A stretch of DNA of 64,000 nucleotides, taken from the NCBI GenBank assembly GCA_041639545.1, contig JBEQBZ010000005.1, forward strand, positions 98,015 to 162,014, in the 5' to 3' direction. Numbering within the stretch: the first letter of the stretch is position 1; every line of letters starts with the position of its first letter. This document shows, in pieces, positions 39,099 to 48,689 of this stretch. A program made the position numbers and the translations under genes. Source of the DNA: Methyloversatilis sp. (lineage in GTDB: Bacteria; Pseudomonadota; Gammaproteobacteria; Burkholderiales; Rhodocyclaceae). The notes beneath the pieces are model-generated. The model had not been told where the DNA came from. It did no database searches and was given only the letters and a program-made list of their open reading frames with translations.

Positions 39099-40493
39099 AT
39101 GATGGGAACTGCAGCAAGCGCAGGACAGCAGGAAAAGATTTCCCTGCTGAAGGTGCTCGGACCGGTGCACGTATGGGCACTGGGCGTGGGCATCGTGCTG
39201 GTGGGCGAGTACATGGGCTGGAACTTCTCGGTGGCGAAGGGCGGTGCCTATGGCTCGCTGATCGCCTGCTGGGTGATCGGCCTGCTCTACACCTGTGTGG
39301 CCATGATCGATTCCGAGGTGACCTCCACGGTCGCCGCGGCCGGCGGCCAGTACACGCAGGCCAAGCACATCATCGGGCCCTTGATGGCCTTCAATGTGGG
39401 CCTTTACCTGGTGATGGCCTACACCATGCTGGAAGCGGCCGACGCGCTGGTGGTCGGTGACCTGCTGAAAGCGGTGGCGGCGCAGTACGGGGCGGAACTC
39501 GACCCGCGGCCTTTCGTGGTACTCACCATCGCCTTCCTGGCCTGGCTGAACTACCGCGGCGTGTTCATGACGCTGACCGTGAACTTCGTCATCACCGCCT
39601 TCGCCTTCATCGCCATCCTGGTGCTGTTCTTCCACGCCAGCGGCCTGACCGACGGGCAGAGCGTGCTGCTGCATCGCGAACTGCTGGTCGACCTGCCCTA
39701 CGGCTGGATCGGCGTGCTCGCCTCGCTGCAGTTCGGAATGTGGTACTACCTCGGCATCGAAGGCACCTGCCAGGCTGCCGAAGAAGTACGTTCGGCCGGT
39801 CGCTCGATTCCGATGGGCACCATGGGCGGCATGATGACGCTGCTGATCGCCGCGTCGCTCACCTGGTACATCTGTACCGGCATCATCCCGTGGGAATACC
39901 TCGGCCAGGCCACCACGCCGCTCTATGACGCCGCACGGCTGATGGGCAGTGTGGAACTGGAGGTGATGCTGTTCATCGGCACCATGTTCGCGGCCATCGC
40001 GTCAGCCAACGGCTGCATCAACGATGCATCGCGCGCCTGGTTCTCGATGTCGCGTGACCGCTACATGCCGCACTGGTTCGGTGCCGTGCATCCGCGTTAC
40101 CGCACGCCCTACCGCTCCATCCTGTTCCTCATCCCGATCGCGGTGTCCTTCGCCTTCACCGGGCTGCTGGACCAGGTGATCACCTTCTCCATCCTGTCGG
40201 GTCTGCTGGGCTACACCTTCATGTCCTTCAACATCGTTCGTTTCCGCCGGCTGTGGCCGCTGGGGTCGATCGAGCGGGGCTATGTGCATCCCTACCACCC
40301 GATCCCCTGCATCGTGCTCGGCGTGCTGTGCGCGGCCACCTACTTCGCCACCTATCTGGGCTACGGCACCTCGCTGCTGTCGATCATGGCCTTCTACATC
40401 CTGGTGTCGATCTGGTTCGTCGTGCGTCGCTACCCCTTCGTCAAACGGGGCGAGCAATTCACGATGCCCTGGCCGCGTCCGAAGGGCTACTGA
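39099..40493 (+). CDS. APC-family amine/amino-acid permease (ethanolamine-permease-like); candidate methylamine importer
   Basis: About 12 TM; WALGVGIVLVGEYMGWNF, WYYLGIEG...AAEEV, ASRAWFSMSRD. Confidence 0.85.
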   Translation: MMGTAASAGQQEKISLLKVLGPVHVWALGVGIVLVGEYMGWNFSVAKGGAYGSLIACWVIGLLYTCVAMIDSEVTSTVAAAGGQYTQAKHIIGPLMAFNVGLYLVMAYTMLEAADALVVGDLLKAVAAQYGAELDPRPFVVLTIAFLAWLNYRGVFMTLTVNFVITAFAFIAILVLFFHASGLTDGQSVLLHRELLVDLPYGWIGVLASLQFGMWYYLGIEGTCQAAEEVRSAGRSIPMGTMGGMMTLLIAASLTWYICTGIIPWEYLGQATTPLYDAARLMGSVELEVMLFIGTMFAAIASANGCINDASRAWFSMSRDRYMPHWFGAVHPRYRTPYRSILFLIPIAVSFAFTGLLDQVITFSILSGLLGYTFMSFNIVRFRRLWPLGSIERGYVHPYHPIPCIVLGVLCAATYFATYLGYGTSLLSIMAFYILVSIWFVVRRYPFVKRGEQFTMPWPRPKGY

Positions 40494-40494
40494 G

Positions 40495-41172
40495 ATGGAA
40501 GCCGGGCTGATCGCTGCACTGGTGGCGGGGGGCGGTGCGCTGGCGCTGTGGCACCGCCGCCGGCAGCGGAGTTTTGCGGCCGAGCGGGCCGCGGTGTTCG
40601 ATGACTGCCGCGCGCTGTTCTGCGAGTCGGTGGTCGAGGACTGCGGCGCCGACTACCCGCGGCTGAGCGGCGGCTACCAGGGCGCCCGCTTCGAGCTGCA
40701 GCCGTTGCTCGATCACGTCGGCTACCGCAAGGTGCCGTCGCTGTGGCTGTCGCTCACGCTGCGCACGCCGCTGCCGCTGGCCGGCACCTTCGATGTGCTG
40801 ATGCGGCCGCAGAACATCGAGTTCTGGTCCGCCTCGGCACAGCTGGAGGAACGCATCGATCTGCCCGCAGACTGGCCGGCCCACCACATCGCCAAGGTGA
40901 GCCCGGCCGGCTGGCGGCCGCCGCTGGAGCGGCTGCGCGACGGTCTGGGCGCACTGGCCGAAGATCCGCCGTTCAAGGAGCTTCTGGTCAGTCCGCGCGG
41001 GGTGCGGCTGGTTCATCGCCTGTGCGGCGTGGAGCGAGCGCATTACCTGGTGCTGCGCTCGCTGCTGCCGGAAAACACCCGCATCGCGCCCGACATGCTC
41101 GTGCCGCTGCTGGACGCGGCGCTGAATGTCGCATCTGCCCTGAAGGTCACCTCACTGGAGAAAGCGGCATGA
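40495..41172 (+). CDS. Hypothetical protein with N-terminal membrane anchor
   Basis: ATG 1 nt after the permease stop; ATGA overlap with the next gene. Confidence 0.75.
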   Translation: MEAGLIAALVAGGGALALWHRRRQRSFAAERAAVFDDCRALFCESVVEDCGADYPRLSGGYQGARFELQPLLDHVGYRKVPSLWLSLTLRTPLPLAGTFDVLMRPQNIEFWSASAQLEERIDLPADWPAHHIAKVSPAGWRPPLERLRDGLGALAEDPPFKELLVSPRGVRLVHRLCGVERAHYLVLRSLLPENTRIAPDMLVPLLDAALNVASALKVTSLEKAA

Positions 41173-41468
41173 GCACCACCGTCGCACAGGGCGAAAGCCG
41201 CCCGCCCCACCCGCTGTTCGTGCTGCTAGCCGCCGCACTGCTGCCCGGCATGGGCCAGGTGCTCAACGGCATGCTGACGCGAGCGTGGGTCATGCTGTTC
41301 TTTGCGCTCAGCCTGGGCGTCATCACCTGGCACCTCACCACGCCGGAGCACTCCTTCGTCGGCCGTCATGCCGGCGGGTTCTTCGTCTATGCGGTGATGG
41401 TGATGGACGCCTACGTCTGGGCACGCTACCGGCACACTCTGGCTCGAGTCCGCGCGGGTCAGCGCTAG
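41169..41468 (+). CDS. Hypothetical small membrane protein
   Basis: LLPGMGQVLNG motif, about 3 hydrophobic segments; translationally coupled to the upstream gene. Confidence 0.75.
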   Translation: MSTTVAQGESRPPHPLFVLLAAALLPGMGQVLNGMLTRAWVMLFFALSLGVITWHLTTPEHSFVGRHAGGFFVYAVMVMDAYVWARYRHTLARVRAGQR

Positions 41469-41512
41469 GGGTCGTGGACCCCGGGGGGCGGCGCACACCG
41501 TCCTCACCTTGG

Positions 41513-41562
41513 CCGGTACATGCGGGACAGCTCCTCCTGCACTGCATGTACCGGGTCTTTTT
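41513..41562 (+). terminator. Intrinsic terminator-like hairpin with CTCCTCC in the loop (possible sRNA 3' end)
   Basis: CCGGTACATGC/GCATGTACCGG 11-bp perfect stem followed by GTCTTTTT. Confidence 0.65.
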
Positions 41563-41644
41563 CGGCGTGCCGGCGCTGAACGTACTTGCTGTCGCGGGCA
41601 GGCGAGGCCTGTCCGCCCGAACCCAATCAAAAGGAATCGCTGCC

Positions 41645-42424
41645 ATGAAACAGAACAACACCCTGATCCGTGCCGTCCTGCTGTCGCTGGGCGCGCTGTC
41701 GGTTCCGTTCGCTGCCCAGGCCGCAGAGCCGGCTGCGCCGTCGTACACGATCACGTCGAACATCGGCGTGTTCTCGCAGTACATCTTCCGCGGCATTTCG
41801 TACACGCAGGAAAAGCCTGCGGTGCAGGGCGGCTTTGACTTTGCGCACGAGAGCGGCGCCTATCTGGGCATCTGGGGCACCAATGTGAGCGATCTGGCGC
41901 TGTCGAACGCGACCGGCGAGATCGACGTGTATGGCGGCTTCGCGAAGACCTACGGCGACTGGACTTTCGACGCCGGTTTCCTGCAGTTCATCTTCCCGGG
42001 CGGCAAGTACGACCCGTCGGGTGAAAGCCTGAACACGCTGGAACTGAATGCGGCGGTGAGCTGGAAGTTCGTGCAGCTGAAGTACTCGTATGCGGTGACC
42101 GACTACTTCGGTTTCAGCACCAAGGCGTTCGGCGCGGATTCGGATGGATCGGACTACATCGAGCTGAACGCGAATTACGAGTTCATGCCGACCTGGGTGG
42201 TGAATGCGCACGTGGGTCATCAGAAGGTGAAGAACTACAGCGACTACGACTTCACCGACTGGAAGCTGGGCGTGACGAAGAACTTCGAAGGTGGCTGGCA
42301 GGCGTCGGTGGCCTACATCGACACCAACGCGGACAAGAACTTCTACACCATCTGCGACAACGGCATCCGCTGCAAGGACACCGGCGACAGCAAGTGGCTG
42401 GCCTACATCAAGCGCACCTTCTGA
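41645..42424 (+). CDS. TorF/Gcw_chp-family putative outer-membrane porin
   Basis: Signal peptide; SQYIFRGISYT..PAVQGGFD, GIWGTNV, EIDVYGG; C-terminal Phe. Confidence 0.88.
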   Translation: MKQNNTLIRAVLLSLGALSVPFAAQAAEPAAPSYTITSNIGVFSQYIFRGISYTQEKPAVQGGFDFAHESGAYLGIWGTNVSDLALSNATGEIDVYGGFAKTYGDWTFDAGFLQFIFPGGKYDPSGESLNTLELNAAVSWKFVQLKYSYAVTDYFGFSTKAFGADSDGSDYIELNANYEFMPTWVVNAHVGHQKVKNYSDYDFTDWKLGVTKNFEGGWQASVAYIDTNADKNFYTICDNGIRCKDTGDSKWLAYIKRTF

Positions 42425-42483
42425 TCGCCCGACCCTGCTGAGGTCCTCGCGGACGTCGTGCCCCTGCACACGGCGTCCACTCT

Positions 42484-42525
42484 GGCCGGCCGTGCCGACT
42501 CCTCCGGAGCGGCCGGCCGCTTTTT
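42484..42525 (+). terminator. Intrinsic terminator-like hairpin with CTCCTCC in the loop
   Basis: GGCCGGCCG/CGGCCGGCC stem, loop TGCCGACTCCTCCGGAG, then GCTTTTT. Confidence 0.65.
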
Positions 42526-42731
42526 CATTCAGGCATGCCCGGAAAGGGCCAGTCGCCATGGCCGGATGACCAGGGCTGGCTGCGCACCTGGGGCGGGCGC
42601 TTCAGCGTCGACGACGGCGATTCGCCGAACAGCGCCTTGTAGTAGGACGAAAACATGCCCATGTGCCAGAAGCCCCACTTGCAGGCGGCGCTGCTCACGG
42701 TCATGTCCGGCCCGCCATGCAGCAGGTCCTT
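42525..42731 (-). pseudogene. 3' remnant of an AraC/EutR-like regulator (second HTH only)
   Basis: Translates KDLLHGGPDMTVSSAACKWGFWHMGMFSSYYKALFGESPSSTLKR; an in-frame stop at 42761-42759 closes it upstream, so the N-terminal part is missing. Confidence 0.75.
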
Positions 42732-42763
42732 GCTCGTGGGCGCTCCGCCGCGCTTTTTTCAGG

Positions 42764-43411
42764 TCAGCCCTGCAGCGCCTGCCTGAACTGAGGGTTCTGC
42801 AGCGCCCACACCGCTGCTTCGAGCCGGCTCTTCATGTTCAGCTTGCGCAGCAGGTGCTTGATGTGCACCTTCACCGTGGCGTCGGAAATGCCCAGTTCGC
42901 GCGCGATTTCCTTGTTGCTGCGGCCGTCGGCCAGCAGGCCCAGGATTTCCCGTTCGCGCTCGGTCAGGTCGCTGTGCGAGGCGGCCGGCGGCGCATTCAG
43001 CGCATGCGCCAGCAGGCCGGCGACGCTGGCGTCGAGCACCACATTGCCGCCGACCGACTGCTTGATGCGGGCGCACAGCTCTTCCGGCTCCATGTCCTTC
43101 AGCAGATAGCCGTCGGCACCGGCCTTCATCGCGTCCAGCACGTCGCGCTCGTCGTCCGACACGGTGAGCATGACGCAGCGCCCGCGCACGCCGGCCGCCT
43201 TCAGCTGGCGCAGCGTTTCGATGCCGTTCATCGCCTTCATGTTCAGGTCGATCAGGATGAGGTCGGGATCGACCTCGGCGGCCAGCGCAATGCCGCTGGC
43301 GCCGTCGCTGACTTCGCCGGCCAGTTCCAGTTCCTCGTCGGCGCGCACCAGTTGTGCCACGCCCTTGCGGAACAGCGGGTGGTCGTCGATCAGCAGGATG
43401 CGGATGCTCAT
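42764..43411 (-). CDS. NarL/FixJ-family response regulator (REC plus LuxR HTH)
   Basis: [33 protein letters not shown]...[19 protein letters not shown]. Confidence 0.93.
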   Translation of the reverse strand: MSIRILLIDDHPLFRKGVAQLVRADEELELAGEVSDGASGIALAAEVDPDLILIDLNMKAMNGIETLRQLKAAGVRGRCVMLTVSDDERDVLDAMKAGADGYLLKDMEPEELCARIKQSVGGNVVLDASVAGLLAHALNAPPAASHSDLTEREREILGLLADGRSNKEIARELGISDATVKVHIKHLLRKLNMKSRLEAAVWALQNPQFRQALQG

Positions 43412-45009
43412 GTCGTGCCTTCTGTCATCAGTTCGGCGGGCAGCTTCTGCGGTGCGAAGGTGAGTTGCACCCGGGTGCCGCCGCCCGGCCGGTGCACCAC
43501 CGACACGTCGCCGCCCAGCGAGTGGGCGCGTTCGCGCATGATGCTCAGCCCGTAATGGTTGCTTTCGGTGTATGGGTTGGTGAGGCCGCGACCGTCGTCA
43601 TCGACCACCACGGTGAGCAGGTGCTCGGGGCCGTAGTGCATGCTCACCCACACATGATAGGCGCGCGCATGCCGCACCGTGTTCGACAGCGCTTCGCGGA
43701 TCACCTGCATCACGTGGAATTCCTCGTTCACCTCGAGGTGGCAGCGGCCGAGATCGTGTACGAAGCTGATGTCCAGACCGCTGCGCTGCGCGAAATCGTC
43801 CACTGCGTCCTGCACCGAGGACAGCAGGCCGCCCGGGCCCATGCGCACGCGGAAGGCGGCGATCAGTTCGCGCACCTCGCGGTAGGCGGCGGACAGGCCT
43901 TCGCGCAGTTCGCGCGCTGCCTGCGCCACGTCGGTCGGGTGCTTCTCGCGGTCCAGCCCGCGCTGCAGCCGCGCCACCTGGATTTTCATGTAGGCCAGCG
44001 ATTGCGCCAGCGAGTCGTGCAGTTCGCCGGCGATGGCGCTGCGCTCCTCCATCAGCGCGACCCGGCGTTCCTCCTGGCTGCGGCTGACGCTGGAAATCGC
44101 CAGTGCGGCGAGGTGGGCGAAGCTTTCCGCCAGATTCACCTGCGGGTCGTCCACCCGCGCGTTCTCCGGGAATTCGATCACCAGCGTGCCGACCGACACG
44201 TCGCCGCGGCACACCGGCACCACCAGCGAATGCGCGGCGCAGTCGCCCGAGGGCGGCACCACCCGCGCGCTCACTTCGCGCGCATTCTGTTCGGCGCCCA
44301 GCTGACGCAGCACCGCCGGCTCGCCCCGGGTGTGCAGCAGCGCCACGGTGCCCAGCGCCTTGTGCGCGGCGGGGTTCAGCGCCAGCCCGGCGGTGCGCGC
44401 GCCGAGCGAGGTTTCGAGCAGCGACAGGCCGTTGCGCAGGCTGAATTCGGACACCACGCCGTCGGTGAACATGCGCGCCACCTGGTGCAGGGTCTGCAGC
44501 GCCTGGCTCTTGCGCCGGAGCTGTTCGCCGGAGGTCTGCTGGCGCCAGCGGCCTTCGGCCTCGAAGCCGGCCTGACGCGCGCTCAGTTCGGCCAGACTGT
44601 CGATCAGCCGGCTGATTTCGTCGCGGCCGCGCGCGCGCGCGCTGTCCGACATCAGCGACAGCGCGGATTCGGTACGCCGCACCAGCACGTCGTGCGCGCG
44701 CTTCATGATGAGCAGTGCGCCGGCCAGAATGAGCGCGCTGCACAGCACCTGCAGCAGCAGCATGACCGCCACCCGTTCCAGCAGCGACTTCTCGACGCTG
44801 CGGAAGGCGTCGCACACCACCGCGCCGCTGTAGCTGCCCTCTGCGCACAGGTCGGCCAGCCGCCCGAACACCTGCTGGAACAGCTGCTCGATTTCGACGC
44901 TGCCCCATATGCTGAGCAGGGCGGCCACCATGCAGCCCGCCAGAGTCGCCACCAATCCGGTATACAGAGGGAAGCGCCCGCTCGGGCCGAAGAAGGATCG
45001 GATCAACAT
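43408..45009 (-). CDS. NarX/NarQ-like sensor histidine kinase (2 TM, GAF-like, HisKA_3)
   Basis: [46 protein letters not shown]; start codon uncertain. Confidence 0.88.
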   Translation of the reverse strand: MLIRSFFGPSGRFPLYTGLVATLAGCMVAALLSIWGSVEIEQLFQQVFGRLADLCAEGSYSGAVVCDAFRSVEKSLLERVAVMLLLQVLCSALILAGALLIMKRAHDVLVRRTESALSLMSDSARARGRDEISRLIDSLAELSARQAGFEAEGRWRQQTSGEQLRRKSQALQTLHQVARMFTDGVVSEFSLRNGLSLLETSLGARTAGLALNPAAHKALGTVALLHTRGEPAVLRQLGAEQNAREVSARVVPPSGDCAAHSLVVPVCRGDVSVGTLVIEFPENARVDDPQVNLAESFAHLAALAISSVSRSQEERRVALMEERSAIAGELHDSLAQSLAYMKIQVARLQRGLDREKHPTDVAQAARELREGLSAAYREVRELIAAFRVRMGPGGLLSSVQDAVDDFAQRSGLDISFVHDLGRCHLEVNEEFHVMQVIREALSNTVRHARAYHVWVSMHYGPEHLLTVVVDDDGRGLTNPYTESNHYGLSIMRERAHSLGGDVSVVHRPGGGTRVQLTFAPQKLPAELMTEGTT

Positions 45010-46936
45010 GACTCTGTACGTTTTTTCAGCGTGGATGCTGGCACTGCTGTTCTCGGTGGTGGTCGGCTCCTGGCACGGTACGACGACCTCTTACGTGCTG
45101 CCGGTCGCGGTGCTGGTCACCGGGCTGTCCATGCTGTGGCTGGCCCGCAAGCTGCCCTGGTACGTGGGCTCGCCGCACCGGCCCGAGGCGACTGCGCAGC
45201 AGGAGCAGTGGGCGGGTCAACTGTGCCACAACATTTCATCGCCTTCGGTCACGATACAGGGGCAGGAGATCACTTTCGCCAATCAGGCCTTTCTCGCGCT
45301 GCTGCATTACGGCGGTCGCGGCGACCAGGTGGTCGGCCTGCCGTTCACCAATCTGCTGCATCCGGTCGATCACGCGCGCTTCGCAACACTGATGGCGATC
45401 GCCGGTACCGATGACGCCACCGATGCCGAAGGCGTGCTGCGTCTGGTGAGGGCGGACGGTGGTCCGGTCAAGCTGCACGCCAGCATTTCGCCGCTGTCGC
45501 TGGTGCCCGGCAGCCGGCTCATCCAGTTCAGCGCCGACGCGGCGGCAGCGCCGGCCCGCGACGGGGTCGAGAATTCGATGTCGGTGGTGCTCGATCAGCT
45601 TGACCTGGTGCTGTTCAAGACCGATGCCGAAGGGCGTGTCGCCTATGTGAATCGCGCATGGGAACGGCTGACCGGCCGCAGCATGCCGGACAGCCGGGGC
45701 CGAATGCTGTCGGCCGCGGTGCACCCTGAAGACAGGGATTCGGTCGACAAGGCCATGCTGTCGGTGGCCGGCGGTCAGACCGATCACCTGAGCATGGAAG
45801 TGCGCATGGTGAATACCGGCGGCAATGTGTTCTGGATCATGCTGCGCGCGCAGACCTGCACGCTGCCGGACGGCGATCTGGTGGGCGTGGTCGGCACCCT
45901 GAGCGAAGTGACCCGTCGCCGCCGCGGCGAGGAGCTGGGTTCGAGCCGGCGCTATCTGAACACCCTGCTCGCCAACGTGCCGGGCATGGTCTACCGCGGT
46001 CGCAACGATCCGGAGTGGACGATGGAATTCGTCAGCGACGGCAGCGTGGACCTGATCGGCTACGAGCCGTGGGAACTGGTGGAAAACCACCGCGTGTCCT
46101 TCGGCAGCCTGGTGCATCCGGAAGACCGCGAATTCCTGTGGGCGCAGGTGCAGGCCAGTCTGGCCCAGCACAAGCCCTATCAGATTTCCTACCGTGTGGC
46201 CGACGTGAGCGGCAACTATCTGTGGGTGTGGGAGCAGGGGCGGGGCGTGTTCTCGTCACAGGGTGAACTGCTGGGGATTGAAGGTTTCATCACCGATGTG
46301 AGCGAGCGCCGTGGTGCCGAGGAAAAGGCACGCCGCCGCATGTGGTTCGAGGCGCGCACCGGCATGACCAGCCGCGCCATTTTCGATTCACTGCTGGCCT
46401 GGACGCTGCATCAGTCGCAGGTGAACGACTTCCCGTTCGCGCTGCTGTGGGTGGATGTGAGCGGGCTGGCCGACCGGCTGTCGCCACCCCAGTCCGGCAT
46501 CGAACAGATACAGGCGACCGGTGTGGCCGGCCCGGGCGCACAGGTGCAGGCCGGCAGCGAGGCAACCGAACAGGCGCTGGCCCGGGTGGCGCGCCGCTTC
46601 CGTCCGGTCAATGGTCCGGGCGCGGCGGTCACCTATATGGACAACTACCAGTTCGCCGTGCTGCTGACCGACTTCCGTGCCGGCGAAACCGCGCGCGCGC
46701 TGGCCGGTTCGACCGAAGTGATCACCGCGGTGTCGCAGCTGGCGAGCCGGCTGGTGCAGGAACTGTCGGCACCGCTCAACATCGGCGCGGACGAAGTACC
46801 GGTGCCGGTGTCGGTCGGCATCGCGATCGCCGACGCCCGCTACATCGGCGCCGAATCGATGTTCGCCGCCGCCCGCCGGGCCGCCACCCAGGCGGCCGAG
46901 CTGGGGCCCGGGCACTGCGAGTTCGCCGACGAGTGA
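45008..46936 (+). CDS. Membrane multi-PAS protein with degenerate GGDEF domain
   Basis: Two TM; three PAS domains (LHPVD, VHPEDR, VHPEDR); GGDEF-like fold reads YMDNYQFAVLL instead of RxGGDEF and SVGIA is retained; start uncertain. Confidence 0.8.
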   Translation: MTLYVFSAWMLALLFSVVVGSWHGTTTSYVLPVAVLVTGLSMLWLARKLPWYVGSPHRPEATAQQEQWAGQLCHNISSPSVTIQGQEITFANQAFLALLHYGGRGDQVVGLPFTNLLHPVDHARFATLMAIAGTDDATDAEGVLRLVRADGGPVKLHASISPLSLVPGSRLIQFSADAAAAPARDGVENSMSVVLDQLDLVLFKTDAEGRVAYVNRAWERLTGRSMPDSRGRMLSAAVHPEDRDSVDKAMLSVAGGQTDHLSMEVRMVNTGGNVFWIMLRAQTCTLPDGDLVGVVGTLSEVTRRRRGEELGSSRRYLNTLLANVPGMVYRGRNDPEWTMEFVSDGSVDLIGYEPWELVENHRVSFGSLVHPEDREFLWAQVQASLAQHKPYQISYRVADVSGNYLWVWEQGRGVFSSQGELLGIEGFITDVSERRGAEEKARRRMWFEARTGMTSRAIFDSLLAWTLHQSQVNDFPFALLWVDVSGLADRLSPPQSGIEQIQATGVAGPGAQVQAGSEATEQALARVARRFRPVNGPGAAVTYMDNYQFAVLLTDFRAGETARALAGSTEVITAVSQLASRLVQELSAPLNIGADEVPVPVSVGIAIADARYIGAESMFAAARRAATQAAELGPGHCEFADE

Positions 46937-46972
46937 GGCGTCACCGGTTGAGCCGGCAGGCAGCGCGACCGC

Positions 46973-47866
46973 TCAGGGTTCGATCGCGATGCCGCGCAGC
47001 GGCTTGCCGTCGGCGACCCGGCCGATGCGGATGGCACGTCCGGTCCTGAGGTCGATTTCATGCAGTTGAACCGTCGCGTCCTTCTTCGTGGTGACCGCAG
47101 CCAGTGCCGCGTTGTTCAGGTCCGCGATGTCAAAGTGGGCATCCGTGATTTCGCCCACGCCGAGGCCGCCCACGGTGAACAGCTTGCCCAGATTGGGTGA
47201 TACCACCGGTTGCTGACCTTCGACCGACCCCTGGCGCACCAGCGTGCCGAGGGCGGCGTCGAGCGCGTAGTTGGTCGTGAGCTTCTCGTTGTCCTTGTTG
47301 TAGGTATAGCCGGCCGCGATGATCTGAGGCGTCACCCGTGCATGTGCATCGCCCTCGGCATAGTGCAGGCGGCCGTCCGCCTGCACGCCTGCCGTGTCGG
47401 CCGACGCGTCGACCAGTTCGCCGCTGTCCGGATGCGCCCGCAGGTTCTGGCCGGTTTCCGACACGATGCGGATGCGGTCTGCCGCCGGGTTGAAATCGAA
47501 ACCGAAGCGGCTGCCTTCGAGCTTCAGCGCGAAGGGCTTGCTCCCCAGCGGCGTGAGTTGGCCGGTGGCGACATCCACCCGGAACACCCGGCCGGTGCTG
47601 CCCAGCGCATACAGCTCACCCTTGGCGACCCGGTAGTCGATGCCCAGCACGGTTTCACCGCTGGCCAGTCCGGTCAGTTTGAGATCGGACAGCACGCGGC
47701 CCGGCTGCCCAGCATTGAAGCTGATCAGGCGGTGGTCCTGCGTGACCGCCCGTACGAGTTCCTTGCGGGCGGGGCCCTGCGTTTCGGGCACATGGCTGCA
47801 GGCGGCAAGACCGGCCAGCAGGGCTGTCAGCAGGGCCGCTGTGCGCGGGGAGGTGTTACGGGTCAT
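46973..47866 (-). CDS. DUF4394-domain lipoprotein
   Basis: Lipobox LAAC; GIDYR..GELYALG, GFDFNPAADRIRIVS..GQNLR, AAGYT. Confidence 0.82.
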   Translation of the reverse strand: MTRNTSPRTAALLTALLAGLAACSHVPETQGPARKELVRAVTQDHRLISFNAGQPGRVLSDLKLTGLASGETVLGIDYRVAKGELYALGSTGRVFRVDVATGQLTPLGSKPFALKLEGSRFGFDFNPAADRIRIVSETGQNLRAHPDSGELVDASADTAGVQADGRLHYAEGDAHARVTPQIIAAGYTYNKDNEKLTTNYALDAALGTLVRQGSVEGQQPVVSPNLGKLFTVGGLGVGEITDAHFDIADLNNAALAAVTTKKDATVQLHEIDLRTGRAIRIGRVADGKPLRGIAIEP

Positions 47867-48050
47867 GAAGGTCTCCATCGGTTGTGGCCATCTGGCGGGC
47901 AGTTCGCCCGCGAACAGGAGATTCAAACGGCCACCGGTGCGCTGACTTGAGCCTGATCTTCCAGGATTTGTTCCCGCGACCGAGGGCCTTGGGCGGGATG
48001 TCTGCCTCAAGAATGGATGACTCCGCACCGATAATCAGGATGTACTCCAC

Positions 48051-48686
48051 ATGACCGGATCGATCATGCCGTCTGCTGTTCCCGCCGGCCTTCGCCTGAC
48101 CACTTTCCTTTGCGCGCTGTCCGGACTGTTCGCTGCACTGCCGAGTCATGCGGCGACCGTCGCCTATCGTACGGTCGACGCGTCCGGCCGACTGCTTGAC
48201 GGTGTGGTGGTGGCGCTGCTGCCATCCGCCCGGGGAGGGCTTCCGGCACCGCGTCCGGCGCGGGTCGAGCAGGTCAGGAAGAGTTTCATGCCCCAGGTGT
48301 CAGCGGTGCAGACCGGTGCCGCCATCGAATTTCCGAACAACGACTCGGTGCGGCATCACGTCTATTCGTTCTCGCCGGCCAAGGTGTTCGAACTGAAGCT
48401 CTACAGTGGCAAGCCCGAAAAGCCGGTGGTGTTCGACAAGCCAGGCGTGGTGGTGCTGGGCTGCAACATCCACGACCAGATGGTGGCTTACGTGGTCGTG
48501 GTCGACACGCCCTGGTTTGCGGTATCGGGAGATGACGGCACGGTGCGCATCCGTGACGTGCCGTCGGGCGATTACCAGGTGCAGACCTGGCATCCGCGCA
48601 GACTGGGCATGCCCGATCTGCCACTGAAGCCGGTGCGCGTCGGTGCCGACCTGAGCGATACGCTCACCGTGGATATCAAGCCCTGA
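48051..48686 (+). CDS. Exported cupredoxin-domain protein (often labelled 'methylamine utilization protein')
   Basis: FPNNDSVRHHVYSFS..FELKLY and GCNIHDQM give a His/Cys/His/Met type-1 copper ligand set. Confidence 0.85.
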   Translation: MTGSIMPSAVPAGLRLTTFLCALSGLFAALPSHAATVAYRTVDASGRLLDGVVVALLPSARGGLPAPRPARVEQVRKSFMPQVSAVQTGAAIEFPNNDSVRHHVYSFSPAKVFELKLYSGKPEKPVVFDKPGVVVLGCNIHDQMVAYVVVVDTPWFAVSGDDGTVRIRDVPSGDYQVQTWHPRRLGMPDLPLKPVRVGADLSDTLTVDIKP

Positions 48687-48689
48687 GTC

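Noticed and set aside
42764-45009. Assigning narX/narL gene symbols
   Set aside because: No nitrate-binding periplasmic domain and no nar genes nearby; only family-level similarity.
48051-48686. A mau methylamine dehydrogenase gene, suggested by the usual database label
   Set aside because: No mauA/B/D/E nearby; the context is c-di-GMP signalling.
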